From positions 1,248,001 to 1,312,000 of the forward strand of contig CBDFMQ010000002.1 of NCBI GenBank assembly GCA_965249725.1: 64,000 bases of DNA. The letters run 5' to 3'. This stretch comes from Longimicrobiales bacterium. GTDB lineage: Bacteria > Gemmatimonadota > Gemmatimonadetes > Longimicrobiales > Gaopeijiaceae. Of the stretch, positions 9,883 through 18,276 are shown in pieces; the first letter of the stretch is position 1, and every line of letters begins with the position of its first letter. The translations under genes were made by a program, and so were the position numbers. The notes beneath the pieces are model-generated. The model was not told where the DNA came from. It was given only the letters and a program-made list of their open reading frames with translations, and did no database searches.

Positions 9883-12354
9883 TTACATCACGGCCCGTCG
9901 AAGCACCGCGCGGACCCGGGCGATGAACCGCTGAGCATCGACGGACTTCTCGAGATAGTCGTCGGCGCCGGCCTCCAGGAGCTCTCGCTCCACACTCTCG
10001 TTTCCAAAGGCCGTACTGACCAAAACCGGAATCGCGGCGGTGTCCTTCGAACCGCGGATACGGTCGAGTACCTTGCGGCCATCCAGGCCGGGCATGCTCA
10101 GGTCCAGGATGACGAGGTTGTAGTCCGGATCGAGCTTGAGCATGTCCAGGGCCTCGAAGCCGTCCTTGGCCATGGACACGACATGTCCCTCGGTTTCCAG
10201 GATGGCGTTGTACATGAGCCGGGCCTCTTCGTCGTCGTCGACCACGAGGATACGAGTGGGGCCCTTGTCCTCCTCCACGTCGTCCTCCGCGGCCACACCA
10301 CCCAGGGCGCGCTCGACCTCGACCAGGGTCGTCTTCCCCTGGGTGACCCAGTCGAGAGCCACTTGGTGCATGGTCCTCATCCCGCCCTGCTGAGCGATTC
10401 GGAATAGCGTCTGCCAGCCCTTGCGAGCCTCGATGGCGGCCTGAAGACGCGGTCCGGACATCATGACTTCATTCACCGGGAGCCGGCCCTGGTAACCGGT
10501 AAAGCCACACTCGGCACAACCCACGGCGCGGACCACAGGCTCGATCTCGTTCTGCTCGGTGAGGCGCTGTTCCTCAGGAGTGAGCTTGCCCCGCACCGGC
10601 TCGGCGCAGGCACCACACACCCTGCGAAGGAGGCGCTGGGCGATGGCGCCACGAAGGGTCGAGGCAAGAGTACTGTAGGCCACGCCCATGTCCGCCATCC
10701 GGGCAACAGCGCTCACGGCATCGTTGGCGTGGACGGTCGCGAGCACGAGGTGACCCGTCATCGCGGCGTGGGTCGCCGTCTCGGCCGTCTCGTGATCCCG
10801 GATCTCACCGACCAGGATCACGTCGGGGTCCTGGCGCAGGATGGCTCGCAGAGCACGACCGAACGTCACGCCCTGCTTGGTCTCCACCTGCGTCTGAGTG
10901 ATATTGGCCAACTCGTACTCGATGGGGTCTTCGACGGTCATAATGTTGACCTTGCCGTCCGCCCGCTCACGAAGCGCCCCATACAACGTCGTCGTCTTCC
11001 CGAAGCCCGTGGGCCCGGTCACCAGAACGATGCCCTCACGCAGACTCAGAAGCTGACGCAGGCGGTCGAGCTCATAGGAAGGCAGGCCGAGATCTTCGAG
11101 CGTCTGAGCAGCATTGGAGTCCAGGACCCGGATCACGCACTTCTCGGCGACACCAGCGGGAATCGTGGACACGCGGAGGTCGTACGCAAGATTGTGGATG
11201 CGCACGCGAGCCTTGCCGTCCTGCGGCCTCAGCCTGTCGGCGATGTCGAGCTTCGAGAGGATCTTGATCCGAGAGATCACCCGGTTCATAGCCGACATGG
11301 GGAGGTCCATGTGCTTCCTGAGCACGCCGTCGACTCTGAACCGAATCGCTCCGACCTTCCGACCGGGCTCGACGTGGATGTCGGACGCACCCTGCACGAT
11401 GGCATCCCTGATGACGAGGTTGGTCAGCTTCACGACCGGGGTAGACGCGGCATCCTCCGAGGAGATGGACTCCGGGCCCATCTCCTCGACCAACTTCACC
11501 GCGTCCTCGTCGAAGTCCTCGGCTTCCAGCGTATCGAGGAGGCTCTCGATCGCCTGCTCAGGCGAGAACCGTTGGTCCAGTGCTTCCTGGATAGCGGTCG
11601 GGGAGGCGACCTGGAATATGGTCGTGCGTCCCGTGCTGAAGCTCAGGGCGCGCTCGGCCTCCACGTCCGTGGGATCGCAGGTCGCGACCAACAGATGCCG
11701 ATCGGTCTCATAGAGGGCGAAGATGTTGTGCTTACGAGCCATGGGCTCGGGCACCAGTAGTACGGCGTTGGGATCACGCGCCGCGAAATCCACCACATCG
11801 AGACGGAAATACTCGGCGACCAAATCGCAGAGTCGCGCGTCGTCGATCTTGTAGTTACGGCTGACCACGGGCCACGCATCCTCGGCCGGCGCGTCGGGAC
11901 GCAGATCCGGACGCTCGCCCTCGAGCCCCGCGCGCTCCGCGATCCGCACCATCCAGTGGATGGCCGTCGCCCCAACCGCCACCGCCTGGACCGCCGGTAC
12001 ATGGTCGGGGTCGGTGTAGACGACCTCTTCCTCTACGTCCTCGACATCATCCTCGAGGCTGTCTCCTTCATCCTCCGCCGTGTCCTCAACCTCGGGGTCC
12101 GCGTCGGTGTCCGCGGCCTCTTCCGTCTCCTCGCCCTCCTCGGCCTCCTCGACCTCCTCGGTGTCCGTGGCGTCCTCGATCTCCGCCGCGTCCTCCGGAG
12201 CCTCTGGATCATCGATGATCAGGTCGGCACCTTCGCTGTCATCCATCTCCTCGGAGATTTCCTCATCAGCCAGGACCTGATCCTCCGTATCCTCGTCGCC
12301 GAGCTCGAGCACGGGCTCGTGAGCGTCCACGGAATCGGTCTTCATATCGTCCAT
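9883..12354 (-). CDS. PilB/GspE-family secretion ATPase with acidic N-terminal extension and C-terminal receiver domain
   Basis: ASDIHVEP, RFRVDG, PQDG, Walker A GPTGFGKTT, EDPIEY, RQDPDVILVGEIRD, TGHLVLATVH, CGAC/CAEC; C-terminal ILVVDDD...ILDLSMP...DYLEK. Confidence 0.92.
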   Translation of the reverse strand: MDDMKTDSVDAHEPVLELGDEDTEDQVLADEEISEEMDDSEGADLIIDDPEAPEDAAEIEDATDTEEVEEAEEGEETEEAADTDADPEVEDTAEDEGDSLEDDVEDVEEEVVYTDPDHVPAVQAVAVGATAIHWMVRIAERAGLEGERPDLRPDAPAEDAWPVVSRNYKIDDARLCDLVAEYFRLDVVDFAARDPNAVLLVPEPMARKHNIFALYETDRHLLVATCDPTDVEAERALSFSTGRTTIFQVASPTAIQEALDQRFSPEQAIESLLDTLEAEDFDEDAVKLVEEMGPESISSEDAASTPVVKLTNLVIRDAIVQGASDIHVEPGRKVGAIRFRVDGVLRKHMDLPMSAMNRVISRIKILSKLDIADRLRPQDGKARVRIHNLAYDLRVSTIPAGVAEKCVIRVLDSNAAQTLEDLGLPSYELDRLRQLLSLREGIVLVTGPTGFGKTTTLYGALRERADGKVNIMTVEDPIEYELANITQTQVETKQGVTFGRALRAILRQDPDVILVGEIRDHETAETATHAAMTGHLVLATVHANDAVSAVARMADMGVAYSTLASTLRGAIAQRLLRRVCGACAEPVRGKLTPEEQRLTEQNEIEPVVRAVGCAECGFTGYQGRLPVNEVMMSGPRLQAAIEARKGWQTLFRIAQQGGMRTMHQVALDWVTQGKTTLVEVERALGGVAAEDDVEEDKGPTRILVVDDDEEARLMYNAILETEGHVVSMAKDGFEALDMLKLDPDYNLVILDLSMPGLDGRKVLDRIRGSKDTAAIPVLVSTAFGNESVERELLEAGADDYLEKSVDAQRFIARVRAVLRRAVM

Positions 12355-12356
12355 GA

Positions 12357-13262
12357 TCAGGGCACCATAGCCCTTCTCTTGTCTCGCTTCTCGACATACA
12401 TCGCGGCGTCGGCCTTCGCGAGAAGTTCGTCGAGGCTCATGACATCTTCACCGACGTACCGGGTCGTCCCGATACTGAGCGAGAGCTGGAACTGCTCCTT
12501 CGTATTCTGATTGAGTTCGCTGAGCTCGTCCCGGAGCCGCTGCACGAGTCGGGCCACATCCTCACTCGTCGCCTCCATGGCCAGGACGGCGAACTCGTCT
12601 CCTCCCATACGCGCGATGATGTCGGAACGACGGAAGGTCGTGCTTAGTGTGTCGGCCACGCACCGGAGCGCGCGATCTCCGACATGATGTCCGAGCGTGT
12701 CGTTGATGGTCTTGAAGCGATCGATGTCCAAGTAGACGAGCGACACGCCCCTGGACGTGCGGCGGGCCAGCTTCAGGTACTGCTCACCCAGGTCCTTGAA
12801 ACCGCGTCGGTTGTAGAGATTGGTCAGGTCGTCGATGAGCGACAGGCTCCGCAGAGCCGACAACAGGCGGTGACGCTCGATGGCGTAACGTACGGAACGC
12901 GCTAGAACATTGGGCTCCGCCTCGCCCATCGTCATGCAGTCCTGAGCCCCCCCCTGCACCGTTCGGACCGCGAGATCCTCATCGTCATCCCTGGTGAGCA
13001 CGATGATCGGTATATGGGGGGCGAAGGCGTACATCCGCTCGAAACTCGAGAGCCCGTGACTGTCGGGAAGTTCCGGATCGAGGATCACGGCATCGATTCC
13101 CCCTTCGGAGAGGAGCTGCAGAGCCCGCGACATCTCTCCCACCCATTCCACTTCCATGGACGGCCCCGTTTCACCGTCGAACACCCCCTTGAGGGGATCG
13201 AGGTGCAATGCCTCCGCTTCCACGAGCAGTACCTTCGTGGGTCGGGGTCCTCCGTCGTTCAT
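12357..13262 (-). CDS. REC-GGDEF diguanylate cyclase
   Basis: DDLTNLYNRR, DIDRFKTINDTLGH, RRSD I-site, RMGGDEF; N-terminal receiver-like domain; start set at ATG 13262. Confidence 0.92.
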   Translation of the reverse strand: MNDGGPRPTKVLLVEAEALHLDPLKGVFDGETGPSMEVEWVGEMSRALQLLSEGGIDAVILDPELPDSHGLSSFERMYAFAPHIPIIVLTRDDDEDLAVRTVQGGAQDCMTMGEAEPNVLARSVRYAIERHRLLSALRSLSLIDDLTNLYNRRGFKDLGEQYLKLARRTSRGVSLVYLDIDRFKTINDTLGHHVGDRALRCVADTLSTTFRRSDIIARMGGDEFAVLAMEATSEDVARLVQRLRDELSELNQNTKEQFQLSLSIGTTRYVGEDVMSLDELLAKADAAMYVEKRDKRRAMVP

Positions 13263-13467
13263 TACTGGGTCAGCCTCCGGGTCGTGGGGGTTCGCACCGA
13301 ACCTGGCTCTCGGCAAGGCCTGGGGAATCGACCAATTTGTTCGTGGCGAACACGTTCGACGGTGACAACGACAACCGCCAAATCGCTCTAGCCAAGTTAT
13401 AGAGACGCCCGCGGCCACGCCAAGACCTCGTCACGTGTGCCCGCGCCGACCTCGCGCCCTATAGACC

Positions 13468-13501
13468 GAAAGACGGCCCTGGGGGTTCCCCCGGGACCGT
13501 C
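13468..13501 (-). terminator. Probable intrinsic terminator of the ECF/HEAT operon
   Basis: Minus strand GACGGTCCCGGGG-GAAC-CCCCAGGGCCGTC then TTTC, about 60 nt after the stop at 13562; short U-tract. Confidence 0.55.
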
Positions 13502-13561
13502 CCTCGGCAGCGCTGGGCCCAGGCCCACAAAGCCCGGCATCTTCATCGTTCGGTAGGTAGA

Positions 13562-14254
13562 TCAGCCCCCTCGCAGGATCTCCTCGAAGAAGTCGATCAC
13601 TCGGTCGTCATCCGTCTGAGAAAGCCAGAACACCGCACTGCGCCTCACATTCGAGTGGTGCGACGTACGGGCAACCTCCATGAGCCTCGGGACGGACTCG
13701 TCCTCGGATCGCTGCGACAGGGCGAAAACAGCCGCCTCTCGCACATCGGCCTCCTGGTCGTCGTCCCCTGCCTCGGGCTCTCGTCCACCTGCATCCGCCA
13801 CTTCCTGGCCCAACCAGAAAACGGCCTGCTCTCGAACGTCCTCATCCAAGCGCCGATCTCGCGCCATCTCTACGAGTTCGGGCCAGACGGCCACATCGCG
13901 AGCAATCATGGCGGGCAGGATCGCGGCTGCCGAAGCGTTTCGGGGCGCGGGGCCGATGTCGATGTCGGTGACCTCACCGCCCCTCACACGGAGTTCCACC
14001 TGTGCGACGCCCGTGGAGCAGTCGCCTCTATCTCTACTCCGGCGGGTCCACGAGCCACCCCAGTTCATGCTGCCACCCTCACAGATCTCCACGTCATCGT
14101 GCGTGGCGTAGTGGAACACGACCCATCCGTCGGGTGCCTCGCGCACCTCACGGTCGAGCGACTGGCCCGACACCGGAAGGGTCATCCCCCCCAGAGTCAT
14201 CGCGCCGAGGGTCATCACGAGTGGCGCGGTCAGGGCCGTCCACCGCGGGCTCAC
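13562..14254 (-). CDS. Secreted HEAT-repeat protein
   Basis: Signal peptide; three VRxxAVFxLxQ repeats; GTGA overlap with upstream gene. Confidence 0.82.
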   Translation of the reverse strand: MSPRWTALTAPLVMTLGAMTLGGMTLPVSGQSLDREVREAPDGWVVFHYATHDDVEICEGGSMNWGGSWTRRSRDRGDCSTGVAQVELRVRGGEVTDIDIGPAPRNASAAAILPAMIARDVAVWPELVEMARDRRLDEDVREQAVFWLGQEVADAGGREPEAGDDDQEADVREAAVFALSQRSEDESVPRLMEVARTSHHSNVRRSAVFWLSQTDDDRVIDFFEEILRGG

Positions 14255-15645
14255 CTCGAACCTCCACCGCGGATCAGGCTCATCAGGAACTCCGGTACGC
14301 GATGGTCGGCCGTCTGTCCGAGCCAGAAGATCGCGTTCTTCTGCAACTCGGCATCCTGCTCCTCGCGGGCGATTTCCATGAGCTGGTCAACCGCCTCGCT
14401 CTCGTCCGACGTCTGCGAGAGGACGAAGATGATCTGCTCCTTCATCTCCCGGTCGGACACGCTCGTGTAGAGTCCGGCGAGCCTGCCCACATCGAGACCC
14501 GCCTGCCCGGCCCAAAACAGAGCGTTCTTCCGCACCTCGATCGGCTCGGCACCGTCCAGCGCCCGCTCCAGCAGCCAGTCGCCGTCCTCCGGCTCCCCGG
14601 ACTGGGCCACTCCGAAGATGATCTTCTCTTTCAACGTCTCGCTGTCCGCGCTGGAATAGAGCTCGCGGAGATACACCCCACCGCCCGCGCTCTGACCCAG
14701 CCAGAAGATGGCGTTCTCCCGCAGTTCTTCCGGCGCGTCGCGGCGCTCCGCGTACTCTTTCAGGATGTCGGTCGCACGATCACCGAGGTGCTGGGACAAG
14801 GCGAAGATCGCCTTCTCCTGGAGCTCGCTCTCTTCCGATGTCCTCAGGATGCTCTCGAGGGCATCGACTGCCTCGGGGGAGTCGACCTGGGAGAGCCAGA
14901 AAACGGCCTGCTCCCGCACTTCGGCATCCGGATCCGGATTCCGGTGGGCGAGATCGAGAAGGATGTCCACCGTCTCGCTCGTCATGTGCTGCGAGACGAG
15001 GAATACCGCCTGCCGCCTCAGTTCTACGGAGCACTCGTCCCGGCTCTCGAGGACTTCCTGGAGGATCGGGAATGCGCGTTCTGCATTCATGTTCAGGAGA
15101 GCATTCAGCGCCATCGTGCGCAGTTCCTGATCCTGCGAATCGCACGGCCCTGAGGCTCGCTCCTCTCGGGTCCGAGTGGCTCGCTCCTGCACACTCCGTC
15201 CGGCATCTCGGTTACCCCGTCGTGCCAAAGCACCCTCGATCTGCACCCGCAAAACAGGGGCGTCTACACGGGTCGAGGCATCGGGATGCTCGTCCGCCTG
15301 AGCAGCCAGTAGGTCGAGGGCGGTCTCCATGCCCCCCATCCTGCCCTCCCGGTATAGCGCGAAGGCCTCGAAGTAGTAGGAATCCCCTACGTAGACCGAG
15401 GTCGGGTAATCACGGCGGAGCTGTGAAAACAGGCGCGCCGCCTCGCGAAACTCCGAGTTGTTCAAGGCCCGCCGGGCGTCTCGGTAGACCGCTTCCGCCG
15501 TATCGGCTCGGATTTCGAGAGCCTCGGACGCGGCTCGTAGCCCACTTCCGGCTCGAGCTACCGACGCCTCCTGCGCAGCGGCCGAATCAGCCAATCCCAA
15601 GATCACCATTCCCGTCAACGCCAGCATTGTGGACGTCCGCATCAC
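14251..15645 (-). CDS. Secreted TPR-like + HEAT-repeat protein
   Basis: Signal peptide; helical YRDARRALN...YPTSVY...YYFEAFALY region; multiple RxxAxFxLxQ repeats. Confidence 0.85.
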   Translation of the reverse strand: MMRTSTMLALTGMVILGLADSAAAQEASVARAGSGLRAASEALEIRADTAEAVYRDARRALNNSEFREAARLFSQLRRDYPTSVYVGDSYYFEAFALYREGRMGGMETALDLLAAQADEHPDASTRVDAPVLRVQIEGALARRGNRDAGRSVQERATRTREERASGPCDSQDQELRTMALNALLNMNAERAFPILQEVLESRDECSVELRRQAVFLVSQHMTSETVDILLDLAHRNPDPDAEVREQAVFWLSQVDSPEAVDALESILRTSEESELQEKAIFALSQHLGDRATDILKEYAERRDAPEELRENAIFWLGQSAGGGVYLRELYSSADSETLKEKIIFGVAQSGEPEDGDWLLERALDGAEPIEVRKNALFWAGQAGLDVGRLAGLYTSVSDREMKEQIIFVLSQTSDESEAVDQLMEIAREEQDAELQKNAIFWLGQTADHRVPEFLMSLIRGGGSR

Positions 15646-15650
15646 CCCTC

Positions 15651-16457
15651 CTAGATTCCAGCCTGTATGGTCCCGGTCGGAAGCACCGACCGAATCCGCA
15701 GCATCATGTCGTTGTCGTCGAGCCCCTCGTTGATGAGGTCGAGCTCATCCCCGCGGACTCCTTCGTCGAATTGACCCGGAGACAGCCGGGCCACCTGTAT
15801 CAAAATGACCTCGAGATCCTCCAACAGCTCACGGATGACCTGGTCTTGCGCGGCCGGTGAGTCGAGCAGCAGGCGGGTCTGCAGCAACAGCGTGCGTCCC
15901 CACTGGCTGACCTCGGCGTCGATCCTCCCGGCTCGCGCGTCGGAGCTCACCAGGCTCAGAACGGATTCCGTGCGCGTGAGGTAATCCACCGCCACGGCCC
16001 GGAACGGACCTTCCGCCGCACCGTCCGCCGCCACCTCCGTTGGCGTCCCCACCGGCGTCCCCACCGGCGCCTGTACTGGCGTCATCGACATGCGGCCGAG
16101 TCCGACGCCCAACACCAACAGCGCCGCGGCGGCGGTCGCCAGCCCCGTCCACTGCCTCCGCCAAACGGGTTTCCGGGCGTCTCTGGTCTGGCGGACCTCG
16201 CCCAGAGAGACGACGTCCGCCACTTCGCCTGGCGTGCCCGGAAGAGCGGCTTCGATGGCACCCCACATCTCTTCCCGTGGCGTATCCGGCGGGCGCTGAT
16301 AGTCCTCTCGCATGCCCGTGAGGACTTGCTCGGGCGACGCCGCGACCAACTCCGCCTCGATAGCGTCCCAGATTGCATCCCGTGGCGTTTCCGGCGGGGC
16401 GTTATAGGCCTTTCGCGTGGCCTCCAGCCATTCGTTGAATCTGTGGTCGCTCGTCAT
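15651..16457 (-). CDS. Putative membrane anti-sigma factor
   Basis: Start ATG 16457 overlaps the sigma stop (ATGA); one TM (GLATAAAALLVLGVGLG); helical C-terminal domain. Confidence 0.75.
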   Translation of the reverse strand: MTSDHRFNEWLEATRKAYNAPPETPRDAIWDAIEAELVAASPEQVLTGMREDYQRPPDTPREEMWGAIEAALPGTPGEVADVVSLGEVRQTRDARKPVWRRQWTGLATAAAALLVLGVGLGRMSMTPVQAPVGTPVGTPTEVAADGAAEGPFRAVAVDYLTRTESVLSLVSSDARAGRIDAEVSQWGRTLLLQTRLLLDSPAAQDQVIRELLEDLEVILIQVARLSPGQFDEGVRGDELDLINEGLDDNDMMLRIRSVLPTGTIQAGI

Positions 16458-16993
16458 GCGTACTCCTCCGCGAAGTCGCCCAGCATGTCCCGTAGCTTGG
16501 CCCGCGCTCTGGAGAGCCGTGCTTTCGAGGTCCCCTCCGCCACATCCAGCGTGGTGGCGATCTCGTTGTGGCTGTAGCCCTCGAGGTCGTGCATCAAAAA
16601 CACCGTTCTGTACAGCTCTGGAAGCCCGTCGATGGCCTCCTTCAGCCTGCTCTTCATATCGGGCTCCGCTGTCGTGGCCGGAGCCGTGAGGTACGGAGCC
16701 TCGTCGAGCGTGCGCTCTCTTGTCCGGCTTCGCTGGACCTTTCTGAGCCCGTTCAGAGTCACCGACACCGCGATCGAGTGAAGCCATGTCGAAAACGAAG
16801 CCTCTTCGCGGAACTGATCGAGCTTCTGGTAGGCCCGCACGAACGCTTCCTGAGTGAAATCGCGCGCCAAGTCGTCGTCTCCGGCCATGCGATAGGTCAG
16901 GCGGTAGATGCGATCGACATTGCTGTCATAGAGCTCGCGGAACGCGGTATGCTCTCCTTGTCGGGATCGCTCGATCAGTTCGTGCTCGCTCAA
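16454..16993 (-). CDS. ECF RNA polymerase sigma factor
   Basis: AFRELY, DFTQEAFVRAY, FSTWL, GYSHNEIA, GTSKARLSRAR; start TTG 16993 preferred over 17110 (uncertain). Confidence 0.93.
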   Translation of the reverse strand: MSEHELIERSRQGEHTAFRELYDSNVDRIYRLTYRMAGDDDLARDFTQEAFVRAYQKLDQFREEASFSTWLHSIAVSVTLNGLRKVQRSRTRERTLDEAPYLTAPATTAEPDMKSRLKEAIDGLPELYRTVFLMHDLEGYSHNEIATTLDVAEGTSKARLSRARAKLRDMLGDFAEEYA

Positions 16994-17038
16994 AGCGCCT
17001 GGCCTCGTGTCTTCCGCCTGTGTTTCTCTGTTCGACTG

Positions 17039-17067
17039 TTCGACACAGTGTTCTCCGGAAGCGTTGC
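17039..17067 (-). promoter_or_regulatory. Candidate ECF-type autoregulatory promoter
   Basis: Minus strand GCAAC-N16-GTGTCGAA, resembling the AAC (-35) / GTC (-10) ECF pattern, just upstream of TTG 16993. Confidence 0.45.
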
Positions 17068-17176
17068 GGGGTGGGACGTCCAACCATACGCTTCGTCCCA
17101 TGAGCGGCAAAGCGCACGTGCCTTCTCAGTGTCCCCTTCGCTTCGAGGCCCACCCGAGACCGGCCGTGGTATCCAG

Positions 17177-17875
17177 ATGAAGCGACTCCTCCAGGTGCTC
17201 ATGGGCACTCTTGCCGGCCTGATCGTAGCGCTGGCCGTCGTGTGGCCGCGGGGGCAGAGCCCGGCGGTGTCGAGCGGCTTCCAGCCCTATCCGGCGCCGG
17301 ATTTCACCTTGGTGAGCCACACCGGCGACAGCGTTTCACGATCCGACTTCGAAGGCGAAGCGGTAGCCCTCTTCTTCGGGTACACGAACTGCCCGGACGT
17401 CTGCCCACTCACTCTCGCCAAGCTAGCCGAAGCGAGTGCCGCGAACAGCGGCCCCGTAACCCTCGGTGCCGCGAACAGCGGCCCCGTAACCCTCGGTGCC
17501 GCGAACAGCGGCCCCGTAACCCTCGGTGCCGCGAACAGCGGCCCCGTAACCCTCGGTGCCGCGAACAGCGGCCCCGTAACCCTCCTGTTCGTCACCGTAG
17601 ACCCGGAGAGGGACTCGGCGGAGCGCCTGGCCGAATACCTGGGTGCGGTGGACCCGAACTTCATCGGGCTTCGCGGCACCGTCGACGAGATTCGGAGCGT
17701 GGCAGACTCGTACGGCGTCTACTTCGAGCAGAGCACCGAAGACGACACCATGTTCGGCCATTCGGCGCGGACGTTTCTGATCGATCGGGATGGACGTGTC
17801 GCCGAGAGCTTCCTCCACGACGCCTCGACGGAAGAGATCCGCGTCCTCCTGGAGGTGGTGGCGACGAGACGGTGA
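17177..17875 (+). CDS. SCO1/SenC-family copper chaperone with internal in-frame repeat
   Basis: ATG 17177, N-terminal TM, FFGYTNCPDVCP, VTVDPERD, distal His (FGHSA). Confidence 0.92.
   Translation: MKRLLQVLMGTLAGLIVALAVVWPRGQSPAVSSGFQPYPAPDFTLVSHTGDSVSRSDFEGEAVALFFGYTNCPDVCPLTLAKLAEASAANSGPVTLGAANSGPVTLGAANSGPVTLGAANSGPVTLGAANSGPVTLLFVTVDPERDSAERLAEYLGAVDPNFIGLRGTVDEIRSVADSYGVYFEQSTEDDTMFGHSARTFLIDRDGRVAESFLHDASTEEIRVLLEVVATRR
17436..17584 (+). repeat. 30-bp tandem repeat x5 (GTGCCGCGAACAGCGGCCCCGTAACCCTCG)
   Basis: Identical units start at 17436, 17466, 17496, 17526 and 17556 (last 29/30); encodes AANSGPVTLG. Confidence 0.98.
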
Positions 17876-18276
17876 ATCCGGTCCGGTTCGCTCGCGTTGT
17901 CGCCTGCTTGACGGTCGTATGTGCCGTCGCATGTGTGGAGGCACCGGAGGCCGCCCTCAGGGCCTCGCTTCGGTTTTCGCCGACACCGCCATCCGTGGGC
18001 CCGGCCCGCCTCATCCTGGAGTTGACCGACTCCCTCGGCCGCCCGGTGACGGATGCATCGATCCGGATTGAAGGCCGCCCGATCGACGGGCCTACCCGGT
18101 CAGTGGCGTCGACCCCAGCACGAGAAGAGGGTGCGGGCCGATACGTGGTCGACACCTACGACTTCGACGTAGCCGGCCGGTGGGTCCTGGAAGTGCGAGC
18201 GCGGACAGCCGCCGGCTCGGAGTTGGCGCGGGAGTTCGAGACCTCGGTCTACGGGGGGCCGCCCGGGACGCCCTAG
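17872..18276 (+). CDS. YtkA/FixH-like Ig-fold putative lipoprotein
   Basis: GTG 17872 overlaps the SCO stop; lipobox-like AVAC; PxPPxVG...LTDxxGRPVxDA...GRY...AGRW pattern. Confidence 0.7.
   Translation: MNPVRFARVVACLTVVCAVACVEAPEAALRASLRFSPTPPSVGPARLILELTDSLGRPVTDASIRIEGRPIDGPTRSVASTPAREEGAGRYVVDTYDFDVAGRWVLEVRARTAAGSELAREFETSVYGGPPGTP

Noticed and set aside
13263..13561. Riboswitch or ncRNA upstream of the cyclase
   Set aside because: Only a terminator-like hairpin; no recognisable c-di-GMP riboswitch or other RNA motif by eye
16042..16069. Short coding repeats (PVGTPVGTP; also ASPEAG x2 in the M16 tail and the EAEAEA run in the RND tail)
   Set aside because: Small linker duplications with no evident significance
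16568..17176. N-terminal extensions in the ORF track (SCO; also anti-sigma, SulP, DinB, MurB, YtkA-like)
   Set aside because: They overlap neighbouring genes; downstream starts with RBS or stop/start coupling fit better, so these are not fusions
17436..17584. CRISPR array (30-bp unit)
   Set aside because: No spacers; in frame inside the SCO gene
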